Shown: piece after piece, positions 9,893 through 19,231 of the stretch | How the letters are laid out: each line of letters opens with the position of its first letter | Position numbering within the stretch: the stretch's first letter is position 1 | IMG/VR virus record: IMGVR_UViG_2767802080_000001 | Coordinates: 1-64,000 of that record | Length of the DNA stretch: 64,000 nucleotides | Source: a virus | Lineage: Duplodnaviria; Caudoviricetes | Reading direction: 5' to 3' (one strand) | Program-made: the position numbers and the translations under genes | The notes under the pieces: model-generated | The model's database searches: none | What the model was told of the DNA's origin: nothing | What the model saw: only the letters and a program-made list of their open reading frames with translations

Positions 9893-10311
9893 AGGAGAAA
9901 GGCGCGAGTTGGGAGAAGGTCGCCCACCACCTCGTGAACGACAACGCGTCGGACGTCGAGCTCGCCGACCGGCTGGAGAGCACGCCGCAATTCGTGGCGC
10001 GGGTGCGGGCCGACCTCGGCATGGCCAAGTTCCCGCGCCCGCTGAAGCCACAGATGCAGCCGGTCGCCGAGGTGTTCGCGGCCCACACGGTCGCAGTCGG
10101 CGATCACCTGCAGTGGTCGGGGCGCACGACGCGGGACGGCACGCCGGTGTTCAGCAACCTGGAGACCGCCTACCGGGTCGCGTTCCGCCTCGAGCACGGG
10201 CAGGAGCCGCAGGGGCTGGTGCGGGTCGCCTGCACGTTCCCGCGCTGCGTGCGGGGCGCCCACCTGACCGACCGGGTCATGCGCGAGGCCAGGCGGGAGG
10301 TGCCGGCATGA
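9889..10311 (+). CDS. HTH plus degenerate HNH-like protein
   Basis: AYRVAF..EHG...ACTFPRCVRGAHL resembles the HNH_3 Zn loop. Confidence 0.6.
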   Translation: MKEKGASWEKVAHHLVNDNASDVELADRLESTPQFVARVRADLGMAKFPRPLKPQMQPVAEVFAAHTVAVGDHLQWSGRTTRDGTPVFSNLETAYRVAFRLEHGQEPQGLVRVACTFPRCVRGAHLTDRVMREARREVPA

Positions 10312-10529
10312 CGATCCGTCCCGGCGATACGTGGCATGGCGGGGTCGACCTGATCGCCGTGGAGCGCGCCCTCACGGGTCACCCGCCGTATCCGCCGCTG
10401 ACGGAGGACGAGCAGCAGTACGCCATCGAGCACGCGCCTCCTGGGATGTCGAAGGCCGAACTCGCGCGGCGCACGGGCACGTGCGAGCGGACGCTGTACC
10501 GCTGGCGCGAGAGCGAGGTGCCGAAGTGA
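10308..10529 (+). CDS. Small HTH protein
   Basis: MSKAELARRTGTCERTLYRWR. Confidence 0.75.
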   Translation: MTIRPGDTWHGGVDLIAVERALTGHPPYPPLTEDEQQYAIEHAPPGMSKAELARRTGTCERTLYRWRESEVPK

Positions 10530-10813
10530 GCACCTTCCTCTTCCTGTTGGTCACCGTCGGCGCGGCCGAGGACGCGGCCCTGCACGACTTGCGGGAGACG
10601 CCGTCTGCGGCCGTGGTGGTCGCCCTCGTCATCCTGTCCGTGATCGTCCTCATCGCCCGCCGTACTGTCCGGGCCCCTGTCCGGACAGACAGCTCCGCAT
10701 GCCTGGACACGGCTGATGGCAGCGCTGCCACCAGCAAGGACACGTGTCCGGACACGTCCATCGGTAGGGGCCTGGACGTGTCCGGGCCCGCGTCGAAGGG
10801 AGACTCGCTGTGA
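10526..10813 (+). CDS. Small membrane protein
   Basis: Hydrophobic helix; coupled ORF; 3' half carries GTCCGGAC repeats. Confidence 0.55.
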   Translation: MSTFLFLLVTVGAAEDAALHDLRETPSAAVVVALVILSVIVLIARRTVRAPVRTDSSACLDTADGSAATSKDTCPDTSIGRGLDVSGPASKGDSL

Positions 10814-11157
10814 AGTACCACTACTCCGCACGCCACCGGCCGGACACCGTCGAGCGCCCCTCGGACTGGAGCGGCGCCGCGCCGTGCGGCCCAGAGGGCA
10901 AAGACGACGACGACCCGTGGCGGCCCGACCGGTGGTTCCCAGAGGGCGACGGGCCGGGCGCGCGCTACAAGGCCCGGCAGGCGAAAGGCATCTGCTCCGG
11001 CTGCCCGGTCCGGATGACCTGCCTCCAGGGCGCTCTGGAACGTGACGAGCGGCATGGCATCTGGGGCGGCCTCGACTACGCGGAGCGCGTCGACCTGATG
11101 ATCCGGATCCAGGCGAGGAAACGGGCCGCGGACGACGATGCCGTCCCGGCCGCCTGA
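10810..11157 (+). CDS. whiB: WhiB-family transcription factor
   Basis: Four Cys (C..CSGCPVRMTC) and HGIWGG. Confidence 0.92.
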   Translation: MKYHYSARHRPDTVERPSDWSGAAPCGPEGKDDDDPWRPDRWFPEGDGPGARYKARQAKGICSGCPVRMTCLQGALERDERHGIWGGLDYAERVDLMIRIQARKRAADDDAVPAA

Positions 11158-11371
11158 TCTCGCGGCGCCTGCCGCGGTCTTCGACTGGAGCGGCCGCCGC
11201 CACTGGGCTTCGAAGGCCCGCCCCTGCCGCTACTGCGGCGGTCCCCCCACACACCTGCGCGACAGCCGCCGGAAACCGGCACACAAAGTGTGCGCCGAGC
11301 ATGCCTTCGCCCGGCAAGTAGCCGAGTACGCGGAGGCGTACGAGAACGAAAGGATCAAGATCAATGGCTGA
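11138..11371 (+). CDS. Small Zn-finger protein
   Basis: CRYCG...HKVC. Confidence 0.65.
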   Translation: MPSRPPDLAAPAAVFDWSGRRHWASKARPCRYCGGPPTHLRDSRRKPAHKVCAEHAFARQVAEYAEAYENERIKING

Positions 11372-11567
11372 GGTGCTAAGCGGCGACCGGCGCCGGGAGA
11401 AGGCGCGTGACCTGCGCGTCACGTACGAGGCCGGGGCGTCCATCCGCTCGCTGGCCGCACGCAGCGGCCTGGCCTACGGCACCGTCCGCAAGCTGCTCCT
11501 GGAGGCGGGCACGACGCTGCGCGGCCGTGGCGGGAACCAGCGCGACAAGGCCGGTGAGTATCTGTGA
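11364..11567 (+). CDS. Small HTH DNA-binding protein
   Basis: YEAGASIRSLAARSGLAYGTVRKLL. Confidence 0.8.
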   Translation: MAEVLSGDRRREKARDLRVTYEAGASIRSLAARSGLAYGTVRKLLLEAGTTLRGRGGNQRDKAGEYL

Positions 11568-11788
11568 ACCGGCGCCGCATGGTGAACGCGTGGCGCACCA
11601 GGAGCGGGTGGCGCAACGTGAGCGGGTGGAGCCGCTTCTGGACCGGCCTCCTCACGGGCGTCCTGGTGGGGGAGATGTGGTTCCTCACCCCGGCCCCGGC
11701 CGTCTCGGACTGGTGGTGGCTCGCCGCCCTGGTCTCCGCAGGCCTCCTGTGGGCCCTCGCCTTCTCCGCAGGGTTCGACAAGGACTGA
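11564..11788 (+). CDS. Two-TM membrane protein
   Basis: Two hydrophobic segments. Confidence 0.65.
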   Translation: MNRRRMVNAWRTRSGWRNVSGWSRFWTGLLTGVLVGEMWFLTPAPAVSDWWWLAALVSAGLLWALAFSAGFDKD

Positions 11789-11854
11789 CCGGCCCTCACC
11801 ACCCCTCCCTCGACTACGGCTGACCGCCGTGTCCCTCATGGAAGGCGCCACTAC

Positions 11855-12328
11855 ATGAACACCCAGAACAACCGCCGCGACGACGCTGCAACCCTCCTGC
11901 TCTTCGCCGGGGCTGGCGTCGCTGCCCTGGCCCTTGTCGTCGCGATGATCATTGGCTCCGTCTGGGGCTTCAAAGCCTTCAACCGCACCCAGCGGGTCGC
12001 TGAAGCCAAGAACGTCGTCACCACCAGCCGCATCGACGCGAACAACAAGGTCAAGCTCAACGAGATCAAGATCAGCCAGCAGGCGCAGCGCGTGAAGATC
12101 GCCGAGCAGGAGGCCGAGGTCCGGCTCCGCGAGGCCCGCGGGGTGAAGGCCGCCCAGGACGAGATCGCGAAGACCCTCACCCCCGAGTACATCCAGTACG
12201 AGATGACGAAGGTCCTGGCCGACATCGCGAAGTCCGGCAAGAACAGCTCGGTCATCTACATCCCCGTGGGACCGGACGGGCTCCCCGTCATCGCGAACTC
12301 AGACGCGCGCGCCAACACCCGCCGCTAG
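11855..12328 (+). CDS. Membrane protein with SPFH/Band-7-like coiled-coil tail
   Basis: TM then AEQEAE..LREARG..AAQ..IAKTLTPEYIQY..VIYIP. Confidence 0.7.
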   Translation: MNTQNNRRDDAATLLLFAGAGVAALALVVAMIIGSVWGFKAFNRTQRVAEAKNVVTTSRIDANNKVKLNEIKISQQAQRVKIAEQEAEVRLREARGVKAAQDEIAKTLTPEYIQYEMTKVLADIAKSGKNSSVIYIPVGPDGLPVIANSDARANTRR

Positions 12329-12401
12329 CCCCTCTGCGCCGGGTGCGGGCGGCCTCCCCGCGACACCGTCCGCGCCCGGCATCACGTGAAGGAACCTTCT
12401 T

Positions 12402-12722
12402 GTGCTCAGACCCAGAGTCCTGCTCGCCGCGCTGCTCGCCCTCGTGCTCTTCGCGGTGCTGCTGGCCGCCTGCGCGGCCATGAACGCCCGCTCCAGCGAC
12501 GGCGGATGCGACACCACATGGGGCCTGTCCGGCGCTGTGACCAGGCCCGTGCCGCCGCCCGCTCCCCGCCCGCCCGCGCCGCGGCCCGCCGGGCGGAAGC
12601 CTCCGGCCGTGAACAAGCCGCGGGTCATCAACGAGCCGCCCGCACGGCAGCCCGCCGGGAATACGCCCGGGCAGTCCGTACGCCCTGCCCTGCCCGTCGA
12701 TGTCGACCTGAGCGGCTGCTGA
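12402..12722 (+). CDS. Secreted/lipoprotein-like Pro-rich protein
   Basis: Signal peptide ending LAAC. Confidence 0.55.
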   Translation: MLRPRVLLAALLALVLFAVLLAACAAMNARSSDGGCDTTWGLSGAVTRPVPPPAPRPPAPRPAGRKPPAVNKPRVINEPPARQPAGNTPGQSVRPALPVDVDLSGC

Positions 12723-12741
12723 CACCCCCTCTGGAGCCCCC

Positions 12742-13380
12742 ATGCACACCGAACTCATCCCGCCCGCACGGCTTGCGGGCCGACCCCGCGACCGGCACGG
12801 CCGTCTGGTCCCCTGGTTCGTCGCCCACATCAACGGTGAGCCCGATCACCGCGTTGTGCGGCAAGCCGGTGTCGAGGACGCGGCACGCTTCAACCACTGC
12901 TTCCTGTGCGGTGCGCGCCTCGGGGTCTACGTCACGTTCGTCCTCGGCCCCATGTGCACGATCAACCGCGTCTCCGCCGAGCCGCCCTCACACCGCTACT
13001 GCGCCGAATACGCGGCGCGCGCATGCCCGTTCCTCACCCACCCGCAGATGCGCCGACGAGACAGCGGTCTGCCCGAAGAAGCGGCCGAGCCGGACGGCAT
13101 CATGTGCCGCCGCAACCCCGGGGTGATCGCGGTGTGGACGACCCGGGCATGGCACATGGAGCCGGACGCGCGGCTTTTCAGCGTCGGCGACCCCACCGAG
13201 GTCACGTGGTGGCGCGAGGGGCGGCCCGCGACGTACGACGAGGCTTTCGACGGACTCGAATCAGGCAGGGCGCTCCTCGAGGAGGAAGCCGACCAGGACG
13301 CCATGCCCTCCCGCGCACACAGCAAGCTGGCCCGCCAGTACGAGAACGCCCTGCTCCACCTGCCCGGGAGCAGATCATGA
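12742..13380 (+). CDS. Cys-rich phage protein
   Basis: RGRLVPWF-like start, CFLCG, EPPSHRYCAEYAARACPFL. Confidence 0.75.
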   Translation: MHTELIPPARLAGRPRDRHGRLVPWFVAHINGEPDHRVVRQAGVEDAARFNHCFLCGARLGVYVTFVLGPMCTINRVSAEPPSHRYCAEYAARACPFLTHPQMRRRDSGLPEEAAEPDGIMCRRNPGVIAVWTTRAWHMEPDARLFSVGDPTEVTWWREGRPATYDEAFDGLESGRALLEEEADQDAMPSRAHSKLARQYENALLHLPGSRS

Positions 13381-13835
13381 TGAGCGCCGAGGACGCCGCC
13401 CAGCTCGCCTACGACGCCGTCGTGGCCACGGCCGACGGGGACGCCGAGCACGCCTCGGATCTCCTCGCACGCCTCCACGCGGACAGCACCACGAACCGCA
13501 TGTACGGCGTGTGCTGCGGCATCGCCCACCTCGGCCACCGAGCACTGCAACTCCTCTACGGCGACCGGGCCCCGGACGTCGAGCGCGGCGGCATGTGGGT
13601 GCTGGAGGAGATCAGGCCCGGGGGACTCACCGGTGACCCGGTGCAGATGTTCGCGGCGCGGTTCCTGATCGCCCACTGCAACGCGGACACGGCGACCGAA
13701 GAGGCGCTGTTCGGCGCCGCCGTGACGACCGGCCAGGCGCACCTGGTCCGCTGCGTGATGCGGCTCGTGTCCGACGCCGCAGGCCTGTGCAACGCCGCGT
13801 ATCAGCAGCAGGCAGGCGGGGCTGGGCACAGATGA
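13377..13835 (+). CDS. Helical hypothetical protein (paralogue of 15749-16228)
   Basis: FAARFLIAHCNADTATEEALF motif. Confidence 0.7.
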   Translation: MMSAEDAAQLAYDAVVATADGDAEHASDLLARLHADSTTNRMYGVCCGIAHLGHRALQLLYGDRAPDVERGGMWVLEEIRPGGLTGDPVQMFAARFLIAHCNADTATEEALFGAAVTTGQAHLVRCVMRLVSDAAGLCNAAYQQQAGGAGHR

Positions 13836-13909
13836 CCGGGGTTTGGTGGGCGGCGGCGGATGCCGGTGGCGAATGCCGGCACCGCGGCCCTCTGCCGGCA
13901 GGGGGAAGG

Positions 13910-14113
13910 TCAGTTGCCCAGGGCTGCCTGGGCGCGCTCGTAGAACTCGGGTGTAACCAGCATGACCTGGCGTTCGCCGCGCTCTGTGAAGGCGCCGACG
14001 TGGCCGCCGTACCGCACCTCGCGGATCAGGGAAGTCAGGCTCGCGCGGGCGTCGGTCATGCCGACCTCGCGAACCCCGTCGTCAGCGGTCTTGATCTTCG
14101 TCTCAGCGGCCAT
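13910..14113 (-). CDS. Phd/YefM-family antitoxin-like protein, no adjacent toxin
   Basis: EVGMTDARASLTSLIREV...TERGERQVMLV Phd signature. Confidence 0.8.
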   Translation of the reverse strand: MAAETKIKTADDGVREVGMTDARASLTSLIREVRYGGHVGAFTERGERQVMLVTPEFYERAQAALGN

Positions 14114-14304
14114 GGTCAAAGTGTAGAACCCTTGAGGGTTGGCCAACATGGATATCCTTGCAAACCTTTAAAGGTCGTGCCACAGTGGTCCGAAGATCCA
14201 CCGGGGCAAAAGGCCTGATCACGGCCTTCTGATGGCTGAGCGGCGTTGCCGTGACCGCGCCCCACCTTCCCGACACACCCTGTCCACCACTCGGAGAGGC
14301 GCCC

Positions 14305-15321
14305 GTGAGCACAGAGCAGACGGACGACCGGCCCCCGGCCGCGGGGGGCCTGGCGCACGCCTTCGGTAACGCCCTGGCGTGGAAGTGGGTGCGGCAGATG
14401 CCGCGCGCTCTGAAGGGCGGCTTCCTCACCCAGCTCTACGCGCTCCGGTCCATGGCCGCATCGTCGGGGCAACTCCGCTTCCAGGACGGCACGGTGATCC
14501 GCATTCAGGACCTCGCCAAGGCCGCCGGGTGCCGCGAGCAGGACACCCGCCGCTACCTGGAGGCCGCCATCAGGGCCGGGGTCGTCGTCGTCGAGGGCGA
14601 GCGCAAGCGGGGCAAGCCGACGCTCTACCGCCTCGTCGTGACCCCGTGGCCGAGCTGGGGGGCCGCCGCCGACCACCTGAAGGCCACCGCCCGCCCGCGC
14701 AAGGAGGAGCCGGGCGACGGCAGTTCGGGCCACAGTGGCACGAACCAGTTCGGTCCACAGCGGCACGAACTCGACCGCGAACCGGGCGGAGAAGTTCGGG
14801 CCACAGTGGCACGACCGGGTTCGGGCCACAGTGGCACGACCGGTTCGGTCCACAGTGGCCCGAACAACCCAGGTAGTAACCAGGAAGATCCCCAAGAGGT
14901 GGCTGAGGTAGGACCTCAACCTCAGGTGGATGGGGCTGCCCGAACTGACAAGACCGATCGCTCAGCAGAAGCCAGGCCCTTCGGCCGCTGCGCCGAGTGC
15001 GGTGTACCGCTCGCCCGGCCCGGCACCACCCGGTGCTCACGCCACCGCGACCCCGCGCCGGGCCAGCGCGGCCGCTCTGCGGGCCGTAGGCGGCCGATCC
15101 AGGCCCCGCTGTTGATGCCGGTCCCCGGCGCCCCTGAAGAGCCGTCAGCGACCCCTCAGGCGCCCGCCTCGCGCCCCGCTGACCCCTTCGCCCCCATCCG
15201 CCTCTGCAGCTGCGGCCGTGACTACCGCGACCGTCAGCCCGGCGGCCGGTGCCCGGACTGCGTGCAGCTGGGGCGCGAGGAAGCCGCGCGTCTCGGGATC
15301 CCGGAAGCGAGGAACGCATGA
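14305..15321 (+). CDS. Phage replication initiator (wHTH, iteron-coded linker, C-terminal CxxC pairs)
   Basis: IQDLAKAAGCREQDTRRYL..A wHTH; internal repeats; lambda-O-like layout. Confidence 0.75.
   Translation: MSTEQTDDRPPAAGGLAHAFGNALAWKWVRQMPRALKGGFLTQLYALRSMAASSGQLRFQDGTVIRIQDLAKAAGCREQDTRRYLEAAIRAGVVVVEGERKRGKPTLYRLVVTPWPSWGAAADHLKATARPRKEEPGDGSSGHSGTNQFGPQRHELDREPGGEVRATVARPGSGHSGTTGSVHSGPNNPGSNQEDPQEVAEVGPQPQVDGAARTDKTDRSAEARPFGRCAECGVPLARPGTTRCSRHRDPAPGQRGRSAGRRRPIQAPLLMPVPGAPEEPSATPQAPASRPADPFAPIRLCSCGRDYRDRQPGGRCPDCVQLGREEAARLGIPEARNA
14723..14865. repeat. Five ~23-bp iterons, probable replication origin
   Basis: GTTCGG(G/T)CCACAG(T/C)GGC(A/C)CGA at 14723, 14748, 14794, 14819 and 14843. 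Confidence 0.8.
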
Positions 15322-15752
15322 CCACCATCCGCCAGACCATCGCCGACCTGGCCCGCCTGCTTCATGCAGTCGGTGCGCATGGCGATCACCTCGCCGCCTT
15401 CGACCCCCACCCCGAGCAGCTCGACGAGATCGCCGCTGACCTCGACCAGGCGCGCCGCTTGCTGACCCGCGCCCGGGCCGCGCTCACCGGCCCTCGCTGC
15501 CCGCGTCACCCCGGCGGCCCGGTCGACCCGACCGCGGGCGGCACGTGCCTGCTGTGCGCCACGTACCGGCGCCGTGGCCAGGTCCAGTCCGAGGTCCAGG
15601 AGCAGGACGTCGACGCGCCTCTGGAGGTGGTCGCCCGGACTGTCGCCGAGTACGGCCAGCGCGAGGCCATGCGCCGCCACGGCGCCCGCACCGTCGCCCG
15701 CGCGCTCGTCCACCACCGCCTCGACCCCGCCCTCACCCAGGAGTCCGCATGA
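15318..15752 (+). CDS. Hypothetical protein with Zn-binding motif
   Basis: CPRHP...CLLC; ATGA coupling. Confidence 0.7.
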   Translation: MTTIRQTIADLARLLHAVGAHGDHLAAFDPHPEQLDEIAADLDQARRLLTRARAALTGPRCPRHPGGPVDPTAGGTCLLCATYRRRGQVQSEVQEQDVDAPLEVVARTVAEYGQREAMRRHGARTVARALVHHRLDPALTQESA

Positions 15753-16228
15753 CCAGCATCACACCGTCCGAAGCCCATCGCATCGTGCAAGACGCACTGA
15801 TCTGCGGTGTGGCAGGCGACCTGAAGGGCGGCGCGATCATGCTCAACCCGTTGATCGAGGAGGGGCCGCGCCCCGCCTTTGCGCTGGCCGCCATGCTCGC
15901 CGAAGCCGCCTCCTACATCGCGCGCCGCGACAACCCGGGCACGCACTTCGGTATGCGCGTTGAGCACGTCCTCACGCACGAGCCGGGCAGCGTCGACGAC
16001 TTCAGCCCCGACATCAAGTTCGCCGCCCAGTTCGTCACCGCCTGGGCCAACGGCGACGAGGACACAGCCGCGGCCCTGTTCATCGCCCTGGTCAAACAGT
16101 CCGGGCTGGGCGACGGTACCGCCCTCGTCGACGGCCTGTTCAGCCTGTTCCGCATGGCCGTGGCCACCGCTACCGCTGTCCACCACGAAGAGCGCGCGGC
16201 ACGCGCCGGAGAGGACCCGACCCCGTGA
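15749..16228 (+). CDS. Helical hypothetical protein (paralogue of 13377-13835)
   Basis: FAAQFVTAWANGDEDTAAALF motif. Confidence 0.7.
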   Translation: MTSITPSEAHRIVQDALICGVAGDLKGGAIMLNPLIEEGPRPAFALAAMLAEAASYIARRDNPGTHFGMRVEHVLTHEPGSVDDFSPDIKFAAQFVTAWANGDEDTAAALFIALVKQSGLGDGTALVDGLFSLFRMAVATATAVHHEERAARAGEDPTP

Positions 16229-16713
16229 CCAGCCAGCCGACTCCTCGTCTCACCCGCGGCCAACTCCTCGTCATCGCCGGGCTCGCGCGCGGCCACGACA
16301 CCCTGCGCATCGCCTCCGACCTGCACACCTCCCCGGCCGCAGTGCGCACCCTCATCCGGCGCGCCGCCGCCCGCACCGGCCTCAAGAGGCGCCCGCAGCC
16401 TCAGCTCGTCGACTTCGCATACCAGCACGGCTACCTCACCGCCCTCCCCACAGAGCGGCGGCCACGCCCCACCTACCTGACCCCGCGGCTCATGGAGGTC
16501 CTGGAGGGCACCGCGCGCGGCCTGTCCCTGAACGAGATCGCCGCCGAGCTGCACATCAGCCGCGCCACCGCACACGAGCACCGGCGCCGCCTCCGCAAGC
16601 TCCTCGGCGCCCACACCCGCGCGCACGCCGTCGCCATCGCCTGGCAGGCCGGGCTCCTCGGCCCTGCGACTGCCGCGCCCGCGAAGACCGTCCGCCCTCT
16701 GAAGGAGTTCTGA
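16225..16713 (+). CDS. Tandem LuxR-type HTH regulator
   Basis: Two LT.R...V...LARG.....IA..L..S units. Confidence 0.85.
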   Translation: MTSQPTPRLTRGQLLVIAGLARGHDTLRIASDLHTSPAAVRTLIRRAAARTGLKRRPQPQLVDFAYQHGYLTALPTERRPRPTYLTPRLMEVLEGTARGLSLNEIAAELHISRATAHEHRRRLRKLLGAHTRAHAVAIAWQAGLLGPATAAPAKTVRPLKEF

Positions 16714-16719
16714 CCCGCC

Positions 16720-17208
16720 ATGACCGTCACCCACGTCGCGACGCTCCAGGCCCCGGCAGGCAGCGACCCGAAGCCCGTGGAGCAGGCCGTCGTCAACAGC
16801 ATCGCCGACGGCTTCCCGCCCGAGACCTACCTCGGTATCGCCTTCTACCCGCCCGGCGGCGGATGCCGAACCTGGCATGCCTGGACCGACGGGGGCCACA
16901 TCCTCGGGGACCGGGTCGACAGCCGCGCCATCACAGCGCGTCTCGACGCCGCCGACTGGCTCCACATCGGAGACCGGCACAGCAGCATCACCTGCCGCGG
17001 CCGCACCCGCATCGAGGCATACCCGCTCCGCCCGGTCCTCACCGACGTCGACCGTCGCGAGCACTGCCCGATGGAGCGTCGCGTGTCTCTCCGCCGGGTC
17101 ATCGACTGCGCCGCAGCCCAGACCGGCCAGATCGCGCACCCCGGCCTGCCCCGCTGGATCGGCTTCGGTCCCGCTCTCCTCCTCCGAAAGGCACCCCCGT
17201 GCAACTGA
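16720..17208 (+). CDS. Hypothetical protein
   Basis: GC3-biased ORF with AGGAG upstream. Confidence 0.65.
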   Translation: MTVTHVATLQAPAGSDPKPVEQAVVNSIADGFPPETYLGIAFYPPGGGCRTWHAWTDGGHILGDRVDSRAITARLDAADWLHIGDRHSSITCRGRTRIEAYPLRPVLTDVDRREHCPMERRVSLRRVIDCAAAQTGQIAHPGLPRWIGFGPALLLRKAPPCN

Positions 17209-17819
17209 TCAGCACCTGCGACGCCGTCGGCCGCACCATCCGCATCGGCGACACCATCGGCCACACCACGGACACCGACGACGCGCCCACGCCCCCCTTC
17301 GTCGGCATCGTCACGGAGATCGAACTCGACCGGGTACGCGCCGTGGCCTTCCCCCCGCCCGGCGCCGACCCCGGCCCCGACCGCATGCAGTGGCTCCGTG
17401 CCAGCAGCGTCTTCCACGTCGGCCGCTCCCTCGAGGGCCAGCTGCGCGCGCTCAACCACCTCGCCGACTCCGGGCCTGCCCTCTTCTTCGTCAGCAGCTT
17501 CGAAGAAGAGACGGTGACCGTGACCAGCATCGACCACATCGTCCCTGAGGACCCCCGGGAGGCCGTCCTCTGCAAGGCCCTCCTCGGCCACGCCTTCAAC
17601 GTCCTGGTGCGGCACGAGGAGAACACCACGGTGGCCGACAACGGGCCCGCGATCATCTACGCCGCCAGCGACAGACAGTCGCTGTGGCGCGTCGACCAGA
17701 CCACCGTCAGCGACTCACGCGAGTGGGCCCTGTGCCGCAGCCTCCTGCGCTACGCCCTCGACCTCTGCGAGCAGGGCGCCCCGGTCCGGGCCGACGAGAA
17801 GGGCCACATCCTCCCGTGA
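17199..17819 (+). CDS. Hypothetical protein with duplicated GP..(F/I)..D..E..C.(A/S)L unit
   Basis: Internal repeat; C-terminal half similar to 18409-18789. Confidence 0.7.
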   Translation: MQLISTCDAVGRTIRIGDTIGHTTDTDDAPTPPFVGIVTEIELDRVRAVAFPPPGADPGPDRMQWLRASSVFHVGRSLEGQLRALNHLADSGPALFFVSSFEEETVTVTSIDHIVPEDPREAVLCKALLGHAFNVLVRHEENTTVADNGPAIIYAASDRQSLWRVDQTTVSDSREWALCRSLLRYALDLCEQGAPVRADEKGHILP

Positions 17820-18412
17820 GCGTCCGCATCACCCTGCACTGCAACACGATCCGCGGCTTCTCGGGCTGCGCCGCGTCCCTGCTCACGCACGGCCTCACCA
17901 CCAGCGAGGCCCGCACGATCGGCGCCGCGTACGGCTGGAGGCACACAGGTGGCCGCGACTACTGCCCCGGCTGCTCGGGCACCGACCGCACCCTGCGGGT
18001 AGTCCTCGGCGAGACGATGCCGACCCCGCGGCCGCGTGCCGACGAGCTGCTGCGCGACGCCGAGGCCAAGCTGCTCGCCCTGGCCAACTCCGCCACCCCA
18101 GGCCGGTGGGCGCCTGCCGGAACGCCCGCAACGGTCGGCGACGGGCTGTTCGGCGTCGAGTTCATCACCGGCGGAGAGCACAAGACGGAGTGCGTCGCAC
18201 GCACCGGCCCAGCCGGGAACACACAGGCCGCCGCCGACGCGGCGTACATCGCCGCCCTCGACCCGCATGCCGGCAGAGCCGTCGCATCCGTCCTGCACGA
18301 GGCCTTCGAGTCCGTCCACCAGGACGGCGGCCTCGTTCAGGACTCCCTCAGCCAGGCCGCCGTCGACCTCGCGGCAGCCATCTTCGACCAGCACGAAGGA
18401 GACACCCCGTGA
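17816..18412 (+). CDS. Ead/Ea22-like phage protein
   Basis: ATPGRW...ADAAYIAALDP motif; N-terminal DYCPGC. Confidence 0.6.
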   Translation: MSVRITLHCNTIRGFSGCAASLLTHGLTTSEARTIGAAYGWRHTGGRDYCPGCSGTDRTLRVVLGETMPTPRPRADELLRDAEAKLLALANSATPGRWAPAGTPATVGDGLFGVEFITGGEHKTECVARTGPAGNTQAAADAAYIAALDPHAGRAVASVLHEAFESVHQDGGLVQDSLSQAAVDLAAAIFDQHEGDTP

Positions 18413-18789
18413 CCGTTCTCCTCGCCGCCCAGCTCGCCACCTCCGGGCCCGCACTCTTCTACCTCCCCGACATGGCGGACGACTCGCTGACGATCACGCG
18501 AATCGACATTGCAGCACCGACCGAACCAGCGGAGCGCCAGGTGTGCCGCGCCCTGATCGCTCACGCCCTGGACGTCGAAGCGCGGGGCGAACGCACGAGA
18601 GCTGTGACCGACGACGGCCCCACGATCATCTACGCGGGCACCAACAAGAGGTCCGTCTGGCACGTCGATCAGACCGTCGTCGACGGTCCACGTGAACGGT
18701 GTGTGTGCCGGAGCTTGCTGAAGGAGGCGCTAGCCCTTTGCGACCAGCACCTCGTGCGGGTCGACGAGAAGGGCCCGGTTGCCCTGTGA
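18409..18789 (+). CDS. Hypothetical protein (paralogue of 17199-17819 C-terminus)
   Basis: GPTIIYAG..SVWHVDQT....RE..VCRSLL..AL.LC..VR.DEKG shared. Confidence 0.7.
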   Translation: MTVLLAAQLATSGPALFYLPDMADDSLTITRIDIAAPTEPAERQVCRALIAHALDVEARGERTRAVTDDGPTIIYAGTNKRSVWHVDQTVVDGPRERCVCRSLLKEALALCDQHLVRVDEKGPVAL

Positions 18790-18886
18790 CCGTTCTCCTC
18801 GCCGCCCTGCTGGCCTCCCCGCTCCTGTGCGCGCTCGCCGCCCGCACGGCCCACCACGGCGCCCGCGCGTACCGCAGGCGGCCCCG

Positions 18887-19231
18887 ATGAATTCCACCGG
18901 GCACGCCTTCGTCACCGTCTTCGTGCTCGCCGCCATCGCCGCGGTGTCGGTGGGCGGCTACGGCTTGGGCACCGGACGCCTCCCGCTCGCCGCCGCGGCC
19001 TACACCGTCGCCACGCTGCTCCTCGCGGCCGTGGCCCGGGAGGCCAACCGCGCCGCCGCAGCCCCGGCCGCCGCGCGCCCCCGCCCGGGCCGCCCACTTG
19101 CCCGCCTGCGCGCCTGCCTCCAAGCGCGCCGAGCAACTCGTACCCCCTGCGGCTGCGACCGCTACTGGACCTCAGCCGGGACCGCGCACGACGACTGGTG
19201 CCTCATGCACGACGGGAGCGAAACGTCATGA
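18887..19231 (+). CDS. Two-TM protein with C-terminal CGC...HDDWC
   Basis: Hydrophobic helices; coupled ORF. Confidence 0.65.
   Translation: MNSTGHAFVTVFVLAAIAAVSVGGYGLGTGRLPLAAAAYTVATLLLAAVAREANRAAAAPAAARPRPGRPLARLRACLQARRATRTPCGCDRYWTSAGTAHDDWCLMHDGSETS

Noticed and set aside
13910-14113. Complete toxin-antitoxin module
   Set aside because: No toxin-like ORF adjacent on the same strand
14723-14865. Possible CRISPR array
   Set aside because: Repeats are nearly abutting with no unique spacers, lie inside a coding gene, and no cas genes are present; better explained as iterons
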